Shown here: positions 1 to 9,352 of the stretch, piece by piece
Numbering within the stretch: the first letter of the stretch is position 1
Layout: each line of letters opens with the position of its first letter
From: an uncultured Solirubrobacterales bacterium
GTDB lineage: Bacteria; Actinomycetota; Thermoleophilia; Solirubrobacterales; JBBDJG01
Direction of reading: 5' to 3'
DNA length: 64,000 nucleotides
NCBI GenBank assembly: GCA_963785085.1
Contig: CAWAUD010000013.1
Coordinates: 7,700-71,699, forward strand
Notes under the pieces: model-generated
Told to the model about the DNA's origin: nothing
Databases searched by the model: none
Seen by the model: the letters and a program-made list of their open reading frames with translations, nothing else
Made by a program: the position numbers and the translations under genes

Positions 1-233
1 CTGCGCCCGGCACTCCCCCGGGCGGCCTGCTCACGCCGCTCGAGCGCGACGTCGCCGACTGGGGCTACACGTACGGAGTCGCGTGGGCCGGTGCGCGCGC
101 GAGGTATCCGGACGAGCCCGACGAGGTGGTGGCGGAGCGCGCACTGGCCGTCGCGCGTGAGGTGTTCGCCGGTTACATGGGCGATCCCGGGTGGTCCGAG
201 CGGATCGCCCGCGAGCGCCAGCCGGCGCGGTAA
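1..233 (+). CDS. 3' end of a hypothetical protein (partial, start lies outside the window)
   Basis: The frame starting at nt 3 is open from the window edge to TAA at 231-233, with GC-rich third positions: ...DVADWGYTYGVAWAGARARYPDEPDEVVAERALAVAREVFAGYMGDPGWSERIARERQPAR*. No family recognised. Confidence 0.4.
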   Translation, partial: APGTPPGGLLTPLERDVADWGYTYGVAWAGARARYPDEPDEVVAERALAVAREVFAGYMGDPGWSERIARERQPAR

Positions 234-238
234 GCAAG

Positions 239-311
<73 letters not shown>

Positions 312-370
312 GGGTCGCGCGGCCGGGTTGGAGAGCCGCGCGATTGGCGGCCCGCGAAGGCCGCGGCTCG

Positions 371-376
371 ATTATA
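371..376 (-). promoter_or_regulatory. candidate -10 hexamer (perfect TATAAT) upstream of tRNA-Lys
   Basis: Plus-strand attata is TATAAT on the minus strand, about 60 nt upstream of the tRNA 5' end. It lies between the stop of the 408..1166 gene and the tRNA. No convincing -35. A perfect TATAAT is rare at this GC content. Confidence 0.35.
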
Positions 377-407
377 TGAATGCCCCTCGGTTACCCGAGC
401 GCGCCGG

Positions 408-1166
408 TCAGGGCGTTGCGCCGCTGGCGCCGGTGGCGCCTGTGCCGGGCAGCGGCCCGAACGCCGAGGTGCCCTTCTGGCCCTGCTTGCGGGCAGCCTT
501 GCGCGCTGCGGTGATCTGCTTGGCGGTCTGCGCGCCCTGCTTCTTCGAGGTCTTGATCAGGTCCCGCACGGTGTTGCGCTGGTCGGCCGGCGTGAGGCGC
601 ACCGACTCGGCCGCGGCCTTGTCGCCGGCTTTCACGTTCCCGGCGCGGTAGTAGAAGTCCGCCAGCTGGAACCAGGAATTCGCGCTCGGCCGCTCCGTGG
701 CGGCGACGCGCTGCGCCTTGGCCGCGGACGGAAAGTCCTGCAGCGCTCCATAGGCGAGCGCGGCGAACTGCGCCGAGCCGGCGTCGGGGGTCTTGGGCTT
801 CAGGCGCAGGTACCGCTCCCATGCCACGGCGGCGGCGGTGATCGCCGCCTGGCCCTTGTCGACTGAGCGCCCCGGTCTTCTGGTCGGAGCCCTCCGACGA
901 GGCGGCCAGGTTGTAGGAGGCACGCACCACCGCGGTCTGCGCCGCGGGGCTGCGGGGGCGACCCGGGCGCGCTCGCGCGCCTTGTTGTACTGATCGGTGA
1001 ACACGCTGCTGCTCCCGCCGCCCCCGCCGGTGAAGGCATCGAAGAGCCCGCCGTTGACCCCGCTGCCGGTTCCGAAGAAGACCAGGCTGGCGCCGAAGAG
1101 GATCGCGAGGCCCAGGTAGACGACCTGCACCACGCGCTTACGGCGGCCTCTTACGTCGAACAGCAT
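408..1166 (-). CDS. hypothetical membrane-anchored protein (one N-terminal TM helix, Gly-rich linker, Ala/Lys-rich C-terminus) with an internal frame excursion
   Basis: ORF track 408..1166. The N-terminus VVQVVYLGLAILFGASLVFFG is a TM helix. Residues about 65-100 read as Arg/Pro-rich text, while the overlapping frame (ORF 391..930) reads a plausible VVRASYNLAASSEGSDQKTG. This implies two compensating indels in G/C runs near 870 and 950-975. Confidence 0.45.
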   Translation of the reverse strand: MLFDVRGRRKRVVQVVYLGLAILFGASLVFFGTGSGVNGGLFDAFTGGGGGSSSVFTDQYNKARERARVAPAAPRRRPRWCVPPTTWPPRRRAPTRRPGRSVDKGQAAITAAAVAWERYLRLKPKTPDAGSAQFAALAYGALQDFPSAAKAQRVAATERPSANSWFQLADFYYRAGNVKAGDKAAAESVRLTPADQRNTVRDLIKTSKKQGAQTAKQITAARKAARKQGQKGTSAFGPLPGTGATGASGATP

Positions 1167-1197
1167 CTGGGATCTCTCTCGGGTGAAGTTGGGAGGA

Positions 1198-1968
1198 CTA
1201 GCCTGAGCCCTCGGAAGTCACGGCCGCCGGAGCGGTGTCGCTCTTCGGGCGACCGAGGAACGTTGCCAGCACGATACTCAACTCGTACAGGAGCAGTAGC
1301 GGGATCGTCTCCAAGATCATCGAGACCGGGTCGACCGTCGGGAGCAGCGCGGCCAGCACGGCGCACCCCAGATACGCGTAGCGCCGCGAGCTGCGCAGCT
1401 GCGCAGGAGTAACGATCCCGAGCCGGCTGAGCACGACGATCACCATCGGGATCTGGAACAGGATCCCCATCGAGAGCAGCGTCAGCGAGACGAAGCTGTA
1501 GTAGTCGCGGGCCCTCACCTGGATCTCGAACTGCGAGTTGTTGAAGTTGGTGAGGAACTTCACCGCCGGACCCAGCACCACGAAGTAGCCGAACACGATC
1601 CCGGCGATGAACAGCACGGGGAAGAGCAGGAGGATCGGGAGCGCGACCTTGCGCTCGCCGGGGCTGAACGCCGGCAGTATGAAGGCGAACAGCTCGTAGA
1701 AGAGCACCGGCGCCGCGAGCACCAGCGCCATGTACCCGCAGACCGTCATCGTGGTCATGAAGGGCTCGGTGACCGACAGGGTGAGCGGCTCGCGCCCGTC
1801 GGGCAGGGGCTGGTTCAGCACATCCAGGATCAGGTGGTTCTGCCAGAAGCAGAGCCCGAACGCGACCGCCACGGCGACGCCCGACACGATCAGCCGCATG
1901 CGCAGCTCGTCGAGGTGCTCGACCAGCGTCAGCCGGTCTTCGTGACGCACCGGTTTGATGCGCGCCAT
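1198..1968 (-). CDS. tatC: twin-arginine translocase subunit TatC
   Basis: Intact 256-aa ORF with six predicted TM segments and typical TatC sequence (LVEHLDELRMRL..., FFYELFAFILPAFSPGERK, QIPMVIVVLSRLGIV). Lies directly downstream of tatA. Confidence 0.93.
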   Translation of the reverse strand: MARIKPVRHEDRLTLVEHLDELRMRLIVSGVAVAVAFGLCFWQNHLILDVLNQPLPDGREPLTLSVTEPFMTTMTVCGYMALVLAAPVLFYELFAFILPAFSPGERKVALPILLLFPVLFIAGIVFGYFVVLGPAVKFLTNFNNSQFEIQVRARDYYSFVSLTLLSMGILFQIPMVIVVLSRLGIVTPAQLRSSRRYAYLGCAVLAALLPTVDPVSMILETIPLLLLYELSIVLATFLGRPKSDTAPAAVTSEGSG

Positions 1969-1983
1969 CTTCAGCAGGTGAGG

Positions 1984-2220
1984 CTAGGTCTTGCGCTCGT
2001 GGACGACCTCGCCCTCGAGCGGGGCTTCGTCCTCGTCCACGCGCTCGGCGCGCGTGATCCGCGGCCGATCGTCGTCATCGTCCTTGCCGGATACGGAGTC
2101 CTTGAACTCGCGCATCCCCCGGCCCACCGACCGTCCGAGCTCAGGCAACCGCTTGGGGCCGAAGACCACCAAGGCGATGATCAGTACGAGGATGATTTCT
2201 GGTGCGCCGATACCGGGCAT
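1984..2220 (-). CDS. tatA: twin-arginine translocase subunit TatA/E
   Basis: 78-aa ORF. Has the N-terminal TM helix plus hinge motif (IILVLIIALVVFGPKRLPELGRSVGRGMREFK) and an acidic tail. Confidence 0.9.
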   Translation of the reverse strand: MPGIGAPEIILVLIIALVVFGPKRLPELGRSVGRGMREFKDSVSGKDDDDDRPRITRAERVDEDEAPLEGEVVHERKT

Positions 2221-2268
2221 TTCGATCCTTTCGGGGAAGTGCCACCAATGGTAGCGTCAGCCCTGTAT

Positions 2269-2841
2269 TTAGCCGCCCCTTTCGAAGTTCCTGTAGTACC
2301 GGGACGGCGTGGGCTCATCCTGGCCCTGGTACTTGCTCCCCGCCTCATCGGACCCGTAGGGCCGATCGACCGGGCGGTCCATCCTCATGAAAGAGATCTG
2401 GCCGATCGGCATGCCGTGGTAGATGGTGATCGGCAGGTTCGCGACGTTGGAGAGCTCGAGCGTCAGGTTCCCGTGCCAGGACGGGTCGATGAACCCGGCC
2501 GTCGAGTGGATCAGCAGGCCCAGGCGCCCGAGTGAGCTCTTGCCCTCGAGTCGCGCGACGATGTCGTCGGGCAGGGTCACGCATTCGAGGGTCTGGCCGA
2601 GCACGAACTCGCCGGGGTGCAGCACGAACGGGGCGTCGCCCGCCACCTCGACCAGCTCCGTGAGGTCCTCCATCGGCTTGCGCACGTCGATGTAGGGATG
2701 GCGCGAGTTGTGGAAGACCCGGAACTTCCGGTCCACCCGCACGTCGATGCTCGAGGGCTGGACCAGCCCCTCGTCGTAGGGGTCGATCACGATGCGCCCG
2801 CCCTCGATCTCGGACCTGATCGTGTGGTCGCTCAGAACCAA
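2269..2841 (-). CDS. dcd: dCTP deaminase
   Basis: Intact 190-aa ORF (TTG start) with Dcd signatures: [42 protein letters not shown]. Confidence 0.92.
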   Translation of the reverse strand: MVLSDHTIRSEIEGGRIVIDPYDEGLVQPSSIDVRVDRKFRVFHNSRHPYIDVRKPMEDLTELVEVAGDAPFVLHPGEFVLGQTLECVTLPDDIVARLEGKSSLGRLGLLIHSTAGFIDPSWHGNLTLELSNVANLPITIYHGMPIGQISFMRMDRPVDRPYGSDEAGSKYQGQDEPTPSRYYRNFERGG

Positions 2842-2951
2842 AGCACGGGCAGTCTAGTCCGCGACGGTCCCCGGGCTTCCGGCGCGTCTTTTGGGCGACC
2901 TGCGTTCGGGTCTAAAGCTTCCCTTATGCGCCGCCGATATCTGCGGCAACG

Positions 2952-3356
2952 ATGGAGGCACGCAACGAACAGCAGGGTCAGCGGGTCAAGCGGGTCGCGC
3001 TGCCGAGCGGCAAGACGATCGAGGTCGTCTACTTCAACCAGACCAAGACCGAGGCCGCGCCGCCCCAGGAGCTGCACCTCTGCTGCGATTGCGACTCCCA
3101 GCTCGTCTACCCCACGCAGTGGCGCGAGGTCGAGCGCTGCATGTGGGAGGTCAGCCTGCGCTGCCCCAACTGCGAGTGGGAGACCACCGACGTGTACGAC
3201 CAGGACACCGTGGAGCGCTTCGACGAGGAGCTCGACCGCGGCACGGACTCACTGGTCGACGACCTCAAGCGCCTGGTGGCGGCCAACATGGAAGAGGAGA
3301 TCGACCGCTTCTCCCGCGCGCTCACCGGCGACCACATCCTCCCCGAGGACTTCTAG
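2952..3356 (+). CDS. hypothetical zinc-ribbon protein
   Basis: 134-aa ORF with paired Cys motifs (CCDCDS ... CPNCEW) typical of a 4-Cys zinc ribbon, followed by an acidic helical tail. A terminator hairpin lies downstream. Confidence 0.6.
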   Translation: MEARNEQQGQRVKRVALPSGKTIEVVYFNQTKTEAAPPQELHLCCDCDSQLVYPTQWREVERCMWEVSLRCPNCEWETTDVYDQDTVERFDEELDRGTDSLVDDLKRLVAANMEEEIDRFSRALTGDHILPEDF

Positions 3357-3426
3357 CTTCCCCACAGCAGGGGAATGAGCGGCTCACGCCGCTGCTTCGC
3401 AGTAGTAACCTCCCCCCCCCAGGGAC

Positions 3427-3465
3427 GAACCGCCGGCCCGAATCTGGCCGGCGGTTCTCTTTTTC
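3427..3465 (+). terminator. rho-independent terminator downstream of the zinc-ribbon gene
   Basis: Perfect 12-bp stem GAACCGCCGGCC (3427-3438) / GGCCGGCGGTTC (3446-3457), a 7-nt loop, then TCTCTTTTTCC. It sits between convergent genes. The T-tract is on the plus strand only. Confidence 0.65.
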
Positions 3466-3472
3466 CCCGCGC

Positions 3473-4391
3473 TTACGAGTAGCGGGTGACGATGCGATCT
3501 GCGACGTCGTCGAGACGCTCCCGCAGATCCGGGTCCACGGTGCCGCGCCAGCTGGGACTTGGCCTCGGCGACCAGCTCAGATGCCCGCGTCGCGCGTGTC
3601 GGCCAGCGCCCCGGTGGCGGCGATCCGATCGCAGACCGTCTCGGCCTTCGCGCCCGTGCAAGTCGCGCAGGTCGAGCTGCGCCAGGCCGGAGTCGCGCTC
3701 GCGCGCGAGGATCAGCGGCAGCGTGACGGTGCCGTCGAGAAGGTCGGTGCCGCGCTGCTTGCCGGTGCGCTCCGGCCGGCCCGCTGACGTCGAGCACGTC
3801 GTCGAGCATCTGGAACGCCACGCCGACCCGCGTGCCGAAGGCCTCCAGCGCCGTCACCGCCTCCGTCGCGGCGCTCGCCGAGAGCGCGCCCAGGCGGCAC
3901 GCCGCGGCGAACAGGCTCGCGGTCTTGAGCTCGCAGCGGGGCAGGTAGCGGTCGACGTCGACGTCGACGTCCAGGCGTCGTGGCGCTGCGCGAGCTCGCC
4001 GCGCGCCAGCGCCACGCAGGCAGCCGAGAGCGCCTGCACCTGCTCCGCGGCTGCCGTTGCGCGCCAGCACGGCGAAGGCGCGCGAGAAAGAGGTCGCCGT
4101 TCGCGGTCGCCGTCTGCGCGCCCGCGGCTCGCGAAGACCGTCGGCGGCGCCCCGCCGCAGGGGCGCTGCGTCGAGCACGTCGTCGTGGACGAGCGTCGCC
4201 ATGTGCACGAGCTCGACCGCGGCCGCCGCGCGCGACGAGCTCCTCGCCGCCGTCGCGTCGCCCGGCGCAGATGAACACGAGCAGCGGGCGCAGCCGCTTG
4301 CCGCCGGCCGTCAGCGTCTCCGCGGCCGCGTCCGCGAGCCGGCGCCATGTCCCGCAGGCGCGTCCTCGAGCAGGCGCTCGGCGCGCTCCAT
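3473..4391 (-). pseudogene. polyprenyl diphosphate synthase (HepT/IspB-like trans-prenyltransferase), reading frame broken by about 12 single-base indels
   Basis: Pieces in all three frames join into one protein: MERAERLLEDA.. / LADAAAETLTAGGKRLRPLLVFICAG / AAAVELVHMATLVHDDVLDAAPLRRG (first DDxxD) / APTVFASRG / AQTATANGDLFLAR / AFAVLARNGS / EQVQALSAACVALARGELAQRHDAW / DVDVDVDRYLPRCELKTASLF..GVAFQMLDDVLD (second DDxxD) / ERTGKQRGTDLLDGTVTLPLILA / GAKAETVCDRIAATGALADTRDA / ELVAEAKSQLA / GTVDPDLRERLDDVADRIVTRYS*. The start ATG overlaps the menG stop (TGATG). Confidence 0.8.
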
Positions 4392-5180
4392 CAGAACGCG
4401 CATGCGGCCGAGTCGAGCTCGAGCACCGGCTGAAAGGCGCGTCCGCCGCGCCGTCGCGACCCGTCGACCGACGTGCCGTCGGCGGACGCGGTGCTCGTGG
4501 GCCGCTCGCGGCGCGACCCGCGCGTGGATCGCGACGATGCCGCCGGCGAGCAGCAGTGTAGCGGACGTCCCGCAGCCCGGCGCGATCCATCAGCGCCGCC
4601 AGCTCGCGCGCCGGTGGGAAGCGGCGGACGGACTCAGGCAGGTAGCTGTAGGCGTCGCGTCTCGCCGCCAACCGCGCCCAGCAAGGGCACCACCCGGTCG
4701 AACCAGACGGAGTAGAACCAGCTCAACGGAGGGCGCTCGGGGTCGTGATCTCGAGTATCGCCACCGTGCCGCCGGGCCGCACGACGCGCCGCAGCTCGGC
4801 CGAGGCCCGGCAGGTCGACCACGTTGCGCACGCCGAAGCCGACGGTGGCGGCGTCGAACTCGTCGTCCTCGAACGGCAGCTCGAGGGCGTTGGCCTGCCG
4901 GTACTCGACGTCGAGCCCGGCGTTGGCGGACTTGGCCCGCGCCAGGTCGAGCATCGGCTCCGAGAAGTCCACGCCCACGACCGACCCGGCGGGTCCGACT
5001 CGGCGTTTCAGCTCGAGCGAGAGGTCACCCGTGCCGCAGCAGACGTCCAGCGCGCGGTCGCCCGGGCCGATACCCGCGCCGATCGACCGTGCGCGCGCGC
5101 CAGCGGTGATGCAGCCCGGCCGTCATGACCGAGTTCATCAGGTCGTAGCGACCGGCGATGCGGTCGAACATCGACCGCAC
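4391..5180 (-). pseudogene. menG: demethylmenaquinone / ubiquinone C-methyltransferase (UbiE/MenG family), frame broken by about 5-6 indels
   Basis: GTG start at 5180 follows GGGAGAG. Fragments: MRSMFDRIAGRYDLMNSVMTAGLHHRWR.. / AGIGPGDRALDVCCGTGDLSLEL..VVGVDFSEPMLDLAR..VEYRQANALELPFEDDEFDAATVGFGVRNV / ERPPLSWFYSVWFDRVVPLLG / DAYSYLPESVRRFPPARELAALMDRAGLRDVRY / LLLAGGIVAIHA. The 3' end is uncertain. A TGA at 4391-4393 in one frame overlaps the polyprenyl synthase start. Confidence 0.75.
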
Positions 5181-5219
5181 CTGCGGCTCTCCCGTTCGGG
5201 TCCAGGCGGCCGTCGCAGC

Positions 5220-5928
5220 TCAGCGAAGCGAAGCCAGGTAGTCGACCAGCGCGTTGAACTTCTTCGGCGGCAGGTCGGCGTAAGAGGGCATCGGCGCGGT
5301 CGGGTTGCGCAGCGTCCGCGCGATCGCCTCCGCGGGAAGCGTCTCGCCGATCTTCGTCAGGTCAGGGCCGGGTCCCGCGTTGCCGGCCTCGCCGAAGCGG
5401 TGGCAGGCGCCGCAGCCCGATTGGTTGGCCACCTGCTGGCCGGCTTGCAGCGAGGCCGCCACCTTTAGGTCGATCTTGTTCGGGGCGCCTCGGCGTGGGC
5501 GCCGAGGTAGTCAGGTAGGCCATCGATCGCGATCACCGCCACGGCCGTCGTGCTTGCGATCGGCCGGCGCTCGGGCCGGCGCTCGGGGTTGCGGTCGTAG
5601 AACGGCAGCAGCGCCAGCAGCACCATTGCCAGAGGTCGGGATGCCGACGGTCGCGAGAACCACCAGCGAGGGCGGCTTGATCACCCGCAGCAGCTCGAAG
5701 AGGAAGAAGAAGTACCACTCCGGGCGCGGCGTGTAGGTCGTCGTGGTCGGGTCGGCCTTGTTCTGCAGCTCGCCGGAGCCGAGCACGATCGCCATCACGA
5801 TGATCACCGCGAGCACGATGGCCGCCATCGACCGAGTCCTTCAGCACGGCGTACGGGAAGAACGCCTTGCCCTGGCTCTTCAGGACCGAGTACTCGCGGA
5901 GGTACTGCTCCTTCTCCTGGCGATTCAT
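5220..5928 (-). pseudogene. qcrC: menaquinol-cytochrome c reductase QcrC-type fusion (cytochrome b subunit IV domain plus C-terminal mono-haem cytochrome c), about 3 indels
   Basis: The ATG overlaps the qcrB stop (ATGA). Fragments: MNRQEKEQYLREYSVLKSQGKAFFPYAVLKDSV / MAAIVLAVIIVMAIV..YTPRPEWYFFFLFELLRVIKPP..ATVGIPT (PEWY motif of subunit IV / the C-terminal part of cytochrome b) / LAMVLLALLPFYDRNPERRP / ..ASLQAGQQVANQSGCGACHRFG..LRNPTAPMPSYADL (CxxCH plus a Met ligand). Confidence 0.75.
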
Positions 5929-6738
5929 CCTAGACCTCGTTCCTTGTCCACCGGTTCCGGCATCTTCGCCTTGATCCACGGCGGGGCGGTCGTGCCGAGC
6001 TTGGCGACCAGGTACAGGTGCGCGCCGATCAGGGCGGCGATCAGCACAGGTATCACCAGCATGTGGATCGCATAGAACCTGCGACAGCGTGGTTGCCCCG
6101 AACTCGGGGCCGGCTCTCAGGAAGTCGGCGAGGTACGGCCCGACCACCGGGCCCGTGCCGGTGATGTTCACCGCCACGACCGTGGCCCAGAACGAGCGCT
6201 GGTCGAACGGCAGCAGGTAGCCCGTCAGGCCCATGGCCATGGTCAGCACCAGCAGCACGACCCCGATCACCCAGTTCAGCTCGCGCGGGTACTTGTAGGC
6301 GCCGAAGAAGAAGACGCGCGCCATGTGCAGGAAGACGAGCACGATCATCACGGTCGCTCCCCACCGGTGCATGCCTCGCACGAGGGAGCCGAGGAAGACG
6401 TCGTTGGTGATGTGCTGAACGCTGTCGTAGGCGCGGTTGGGGTCCGGCTCGTAGTACATCGCCAGGAACACGCCCGTGACGGCCTGCGACAGGAACGCGA
6501 ACATCGTCGCGGAGCCGAGCGTGTAGAACCAATTGGTCCCCTTCGGCACCTTGCGGAACATGAATCCGCGCAGGAACCCGCTCGCGCCGGTGCGCTCGTC
6601 GACCCATCCGACTACGTCCGTGCCGGCCTCGGCCGCCTGCTCCTTTGCCGGCGGCCGGCCGTTCTGCTGCTCACCCGGAGGCGGCGGCGGCTTGCGGCGG
6701 AAGCCACGACGTGGAGGTTTTGGAGTTCCGATCGCCAT
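5925..6738 (-). pseudogene. qcrB: cytochrome b6-type subunit of the menaquinol-cytochrome c reductase (QcrB), one indel near 6080
   Basis: The N-terminal 215 aa are in one frame (GFMFRKVPKGTNWFYTLGSATMFAFLSQAVTGVFLAMYY..RGMHRWGATVMIVLVFLHMARVFFFGAYKYPRELNW..LLPFDQRSFWATVV). After ..GATTLS the sequence continues at +1 as RFYAIHMLVIPVLIAALIGAHLYLVAKLGTTAPPW..KERGLG*. The short b6-like length and the separate subunit IV gene follow the Bacillus layout. Confidence 0.85.
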
Positions 6739-7445
6739 CAGGACGGCGGCGGCGTCGTGAACCGCTTGGGGTAGAGGTACTGCCAGAGGCCGTCCAGGGG
6801 CTCACCGGGGTCGCGTGGCGAGAAGCGCTTCAGGTCCGAGTTGACGCTGTAGCGGCGCCCGATCTGGACCTCCCTGCCCTTGACGCGCGTCTCGAAGCGG
6901 TCCAGCGGCCGGACCGGCGGACCGCTGACTACGAGGCCCTGGAAGTCGTACACACCGCCGTGGCAGGGACACACGAACCGCTCCGCGGGGCTCACCCAGC
7001 GCACCGGGCAGCCAAGGTGGGCGCAGCGGGTCGACATCGCGACGAAGCCGCCCGCCTTCTCGCCGGGAAGGGCCGGGTTGGTCTTGCGCACGTAGACGGT
7101 GGTCTTGCCGGCCTCGCCGAGACCGCTGACCAGCGAGATCACGCCGGGGATGTAGTTGTCGGCGGTGAACTCGTTGACGAACCCGACCGTCCGCCAATTG
7201 ACGTCTTGCTCGTCGAAGACCGGGCCCACCGCGAACCCGATCGCGGGCAGCAGGATGGCGGCGGTGGCGATCCCTCCGGCCGCCATCGCGCCGGCGGAGA
7301 AGAGGCCACGCCGCGTGACCGTCTCGCCCTCGAAGGAGCCCGGCATCTTGGCCTTGCCCAGCGGATAGGACTCCGGCTGGTGCGCGGCGGCCCACGCGCC
7401 CTTCGCCGGCTCGCTGCGCGCCGTTCGGCGCCCCGTCGGCTCCAT
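6738..7445 (-). CDS. qcrA: Rieske [2Fe-2S] subunit of the menaquinol-cytochrome c reductase (QcrA)
   Basis: Intact 235-aa ORF. Has a twin-arginine signal (TRRGLFSAGAMAAGG) and Rieske boxes CAHLGCPV and CPCHGG. Its stop overlaps the qcrB start by 1 nt. Confidence 0.9.
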   Translation of the reverse strand: MEPTGRRTARSEPAKGAWAAAHQPESYPLGKAKMPGSFEGETVTRRGLFSAGAMAAGGIATAAILLPAIGFAVGPVFDEQDVNWRTVGFVNEFTADNYIPGVISLVSGLGEAGKTTVYVRKTNPALPGEKAGGFVAMSTRCAHLGCPVRWVSPAERFVCPCHGGVYDFQGLVVSGPPVRPLDRFETRVKGREVQIGRRYSVNSDLKRFSPRDPGEPLDGLWQYLYPKRFTTPPPS

Positions 7446-7496
7446 TCGGATCGGAGCCGGAAATGCTCGTCCCGTCAGCCATCCAAGTAGCCTCTG

Positions 7497-8029
7497 TTAC
7501 GTACTCCTCGAAGCAGCCGGGGCCATCTGCCTGAACGCTATCAGGGCGGTATTCAGGTCATCTCCGATTCCCGCGCCGGCGGCCCTCTTGCGAGCCTCGC
7601 TCAGCGCCAGCGCCGGCGCCCCGGATCGTGCGCGCGAACCGCCTCCTTCACCTGCTGGTGACCGGTCCAGTGCCCGGTTCCGACTGCCAGCGCACAGAGC
7701 GCCCATGGGCAGCCGGCAAGGAGTCGGCGCCCGGCTCGGCCTCGCCGCGGCCCTCGACATGTACCTGCGCGCAGAGTGAGATCAGGTCCGCGAGCTCGAA
7801 GACCGCCTCCAGGTCGCCCAGCTCGGCCAGCCGTGCTAGGCCGAGCGCATAAGCCAGGTCGCCCTCGATCAGGCGCTGGTCGGGGTCATCGAGCTCCAGT
7901 CGCGCTCGCCGTAGTGCAGGAGATAGCCCTCAGGACGCTTTCGAAGACGAAGGAGTAGTCCGCTACTCGCGCGCCGACGCGCGGGCCGGCAGCAACAAGG
8001 TCCCCGAACGTGGCCTCGGTGGCTCTCAT
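7497..8029 (-). pseudogene. hypothetical protein downstream of hemL, frame broken by at least 3 indels
   Basis: The ATG at 8029 overlaps the hemL stop (ATGA). Fragments: MRATEATFGDLVAAGPRVGARVADYSFVFESVL / EGYLLHYGE / RLELDDPDQRLIEGDLAYALGLARLAELGDLEAVFELADLISLCAQV.. / ..ALALSEARKRAAGAGIGDDLNTALIAFRQMAPAASRST*. Family not recognised. Confidence 0.4.
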
Positions 8030-9335
8030 GGGGCCGCCTTGCCGGCCGCCCGGAACGCCTCCGCAGCGGCCTCGAGCGTCTCCTCCACGTGCGCCTCGGT
8101 GTGCGCCAGCGACGGGAACCAGGCCTCGTACTGGGACGGCGGGAGATAGATCCCGCGATCGAGCATCGCCCCGAAGAAGGCGGCGAACGCCTCGTGGTCG
8201 CATGCCCGCGCTCCGGCATAGTCGGTGACCGGGCGCGCCGAGAAGAACACCGTGAGGAGACCGGTGTCGGAGACGACCTGAACCGGCACGCCGGCCTCGG
8301 CTGCCACGGAGCGCAAGCCGGAGGCGAGGTGCTCCGTCGTCGCCGCGAGCCGGTCGTAGGCCTCGGCGTCCAGCAGCCCCAACGTCGCAAGGCCGGCAGC
8401 GGTCGCGAGCGGGTTTCCCGACAGCGTCCCGGCCTGGTAGGTCTCCCCCGCGGGAGCAAGCAGCTCCATCACGTTGCGCCGCCCGGCCACCGCAGCCAGT
8501 GGAAGGCCGCCGCCCAGCACCTTGCCGAGCAGCGTCAGGTCGGCCGTCACGCCGAGCCGCTCCTGCGCCCCACCGCGGCGCGACCCGGAAGCCGGTGATC
8601 ACCTCGTCGAGCACGAGCAGCGCGCCGGCCGCCCGGGCGCGCGATGCCAGCAGTTCGAGGAAGCCCTCCTGCGGACGGAACCAGGCCCATGTTGGCCGGC
8701 ACCGGCTCCGCCAGGATGGCTGCCACGGTGTTCCCCGCGCGCTCGAGCGCAGCGTCGAGCGCCGCGGGGTCGTTCCACGGGACGACGATCGTGTCGGCCG
8801 CCTGAGCCGCGGTGACTCCGGGTGAGGCCGGTATGCCCTGCGTGGCGAGACCCGATCCGGCCTCGGCGAGCAGGCCGTCGACGTGGCCGTGGTAGCAGCC
8901 GGCGAACTTGATCACGCGCTCGCGCCCGGTGGCGGCGCGCGCAAGCCGCACGGCGGTCATCGCCGCCTCGGTGCCAGAAGACGTCAGCCGCACCATCTCG
9001 GCGCTCGGGACTCGGGCGACCACCTCGGCGGCCAGGTCCACCTCCGCCGCGGTCGGAGCTCCGTAGCTCGTTCCCCGCGCCGCCGCGGCGGTCACCGACT
9101 CGACGACCGCCGGGTGAGCGTGGCCTGCGATCAGCGGGCCCCACGAGCACACGTAGTCGACGTAGCGGTTGCCGTCGGCGTCGAACAGCTCCGCGCCGGC
9201 AGCACGATCCACGAAGATCGGATCGCGCCCGACCGAGCGCATCGCGCGAACCGGGCTGTTGACGCCTCCCGGTATCAGGCCCGCCGCGCGTTCGAACAGC
9301 GCGCGAGAGCGCTCGTGCGAAGTTGCGGGGCGCAC
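8026..9335 (-). pseudogene. hemL: glutamate-1-semialdehyde 2,1-aminomutase (HemL), two indels (near 8668 and 8575)
   Basis: GTG start at 9335. The N-terminal frame reads [91 protein letters not shown]. The middle frame reads [31 protein letters not shown]. The C-terminal ORF 8026..8550 reads LTLLGKVLGGGLPLAAVAGR..GTLSGNPLATAAGL (PLP lysine in LGKVLGGG). Confidence 0.9.
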
Positions 9336-9352
9336 CGCCGCGCGGAGGCCGG

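Noticed and set aside
333-369. The inverted repeat GAGCCGCG..N21..CGCGGCTC between tRNA-Lys and the upstream gene, as a terminator or riboswitch-like element.
   Set aside because: The 8-bp stem encloses a 21-nt loop and neither strand has a U-tract. It lies in the presumed tRNA leader. The evidence is insufficient for any call.
3955-3972. The (GTCGAC)x3 palindromic hexamer repeat.
   Set aside because: It lies inside the polyprenyl synthase coding sequence and simply encodes DVDVDVD. It has no intergenic context and no partner sites.
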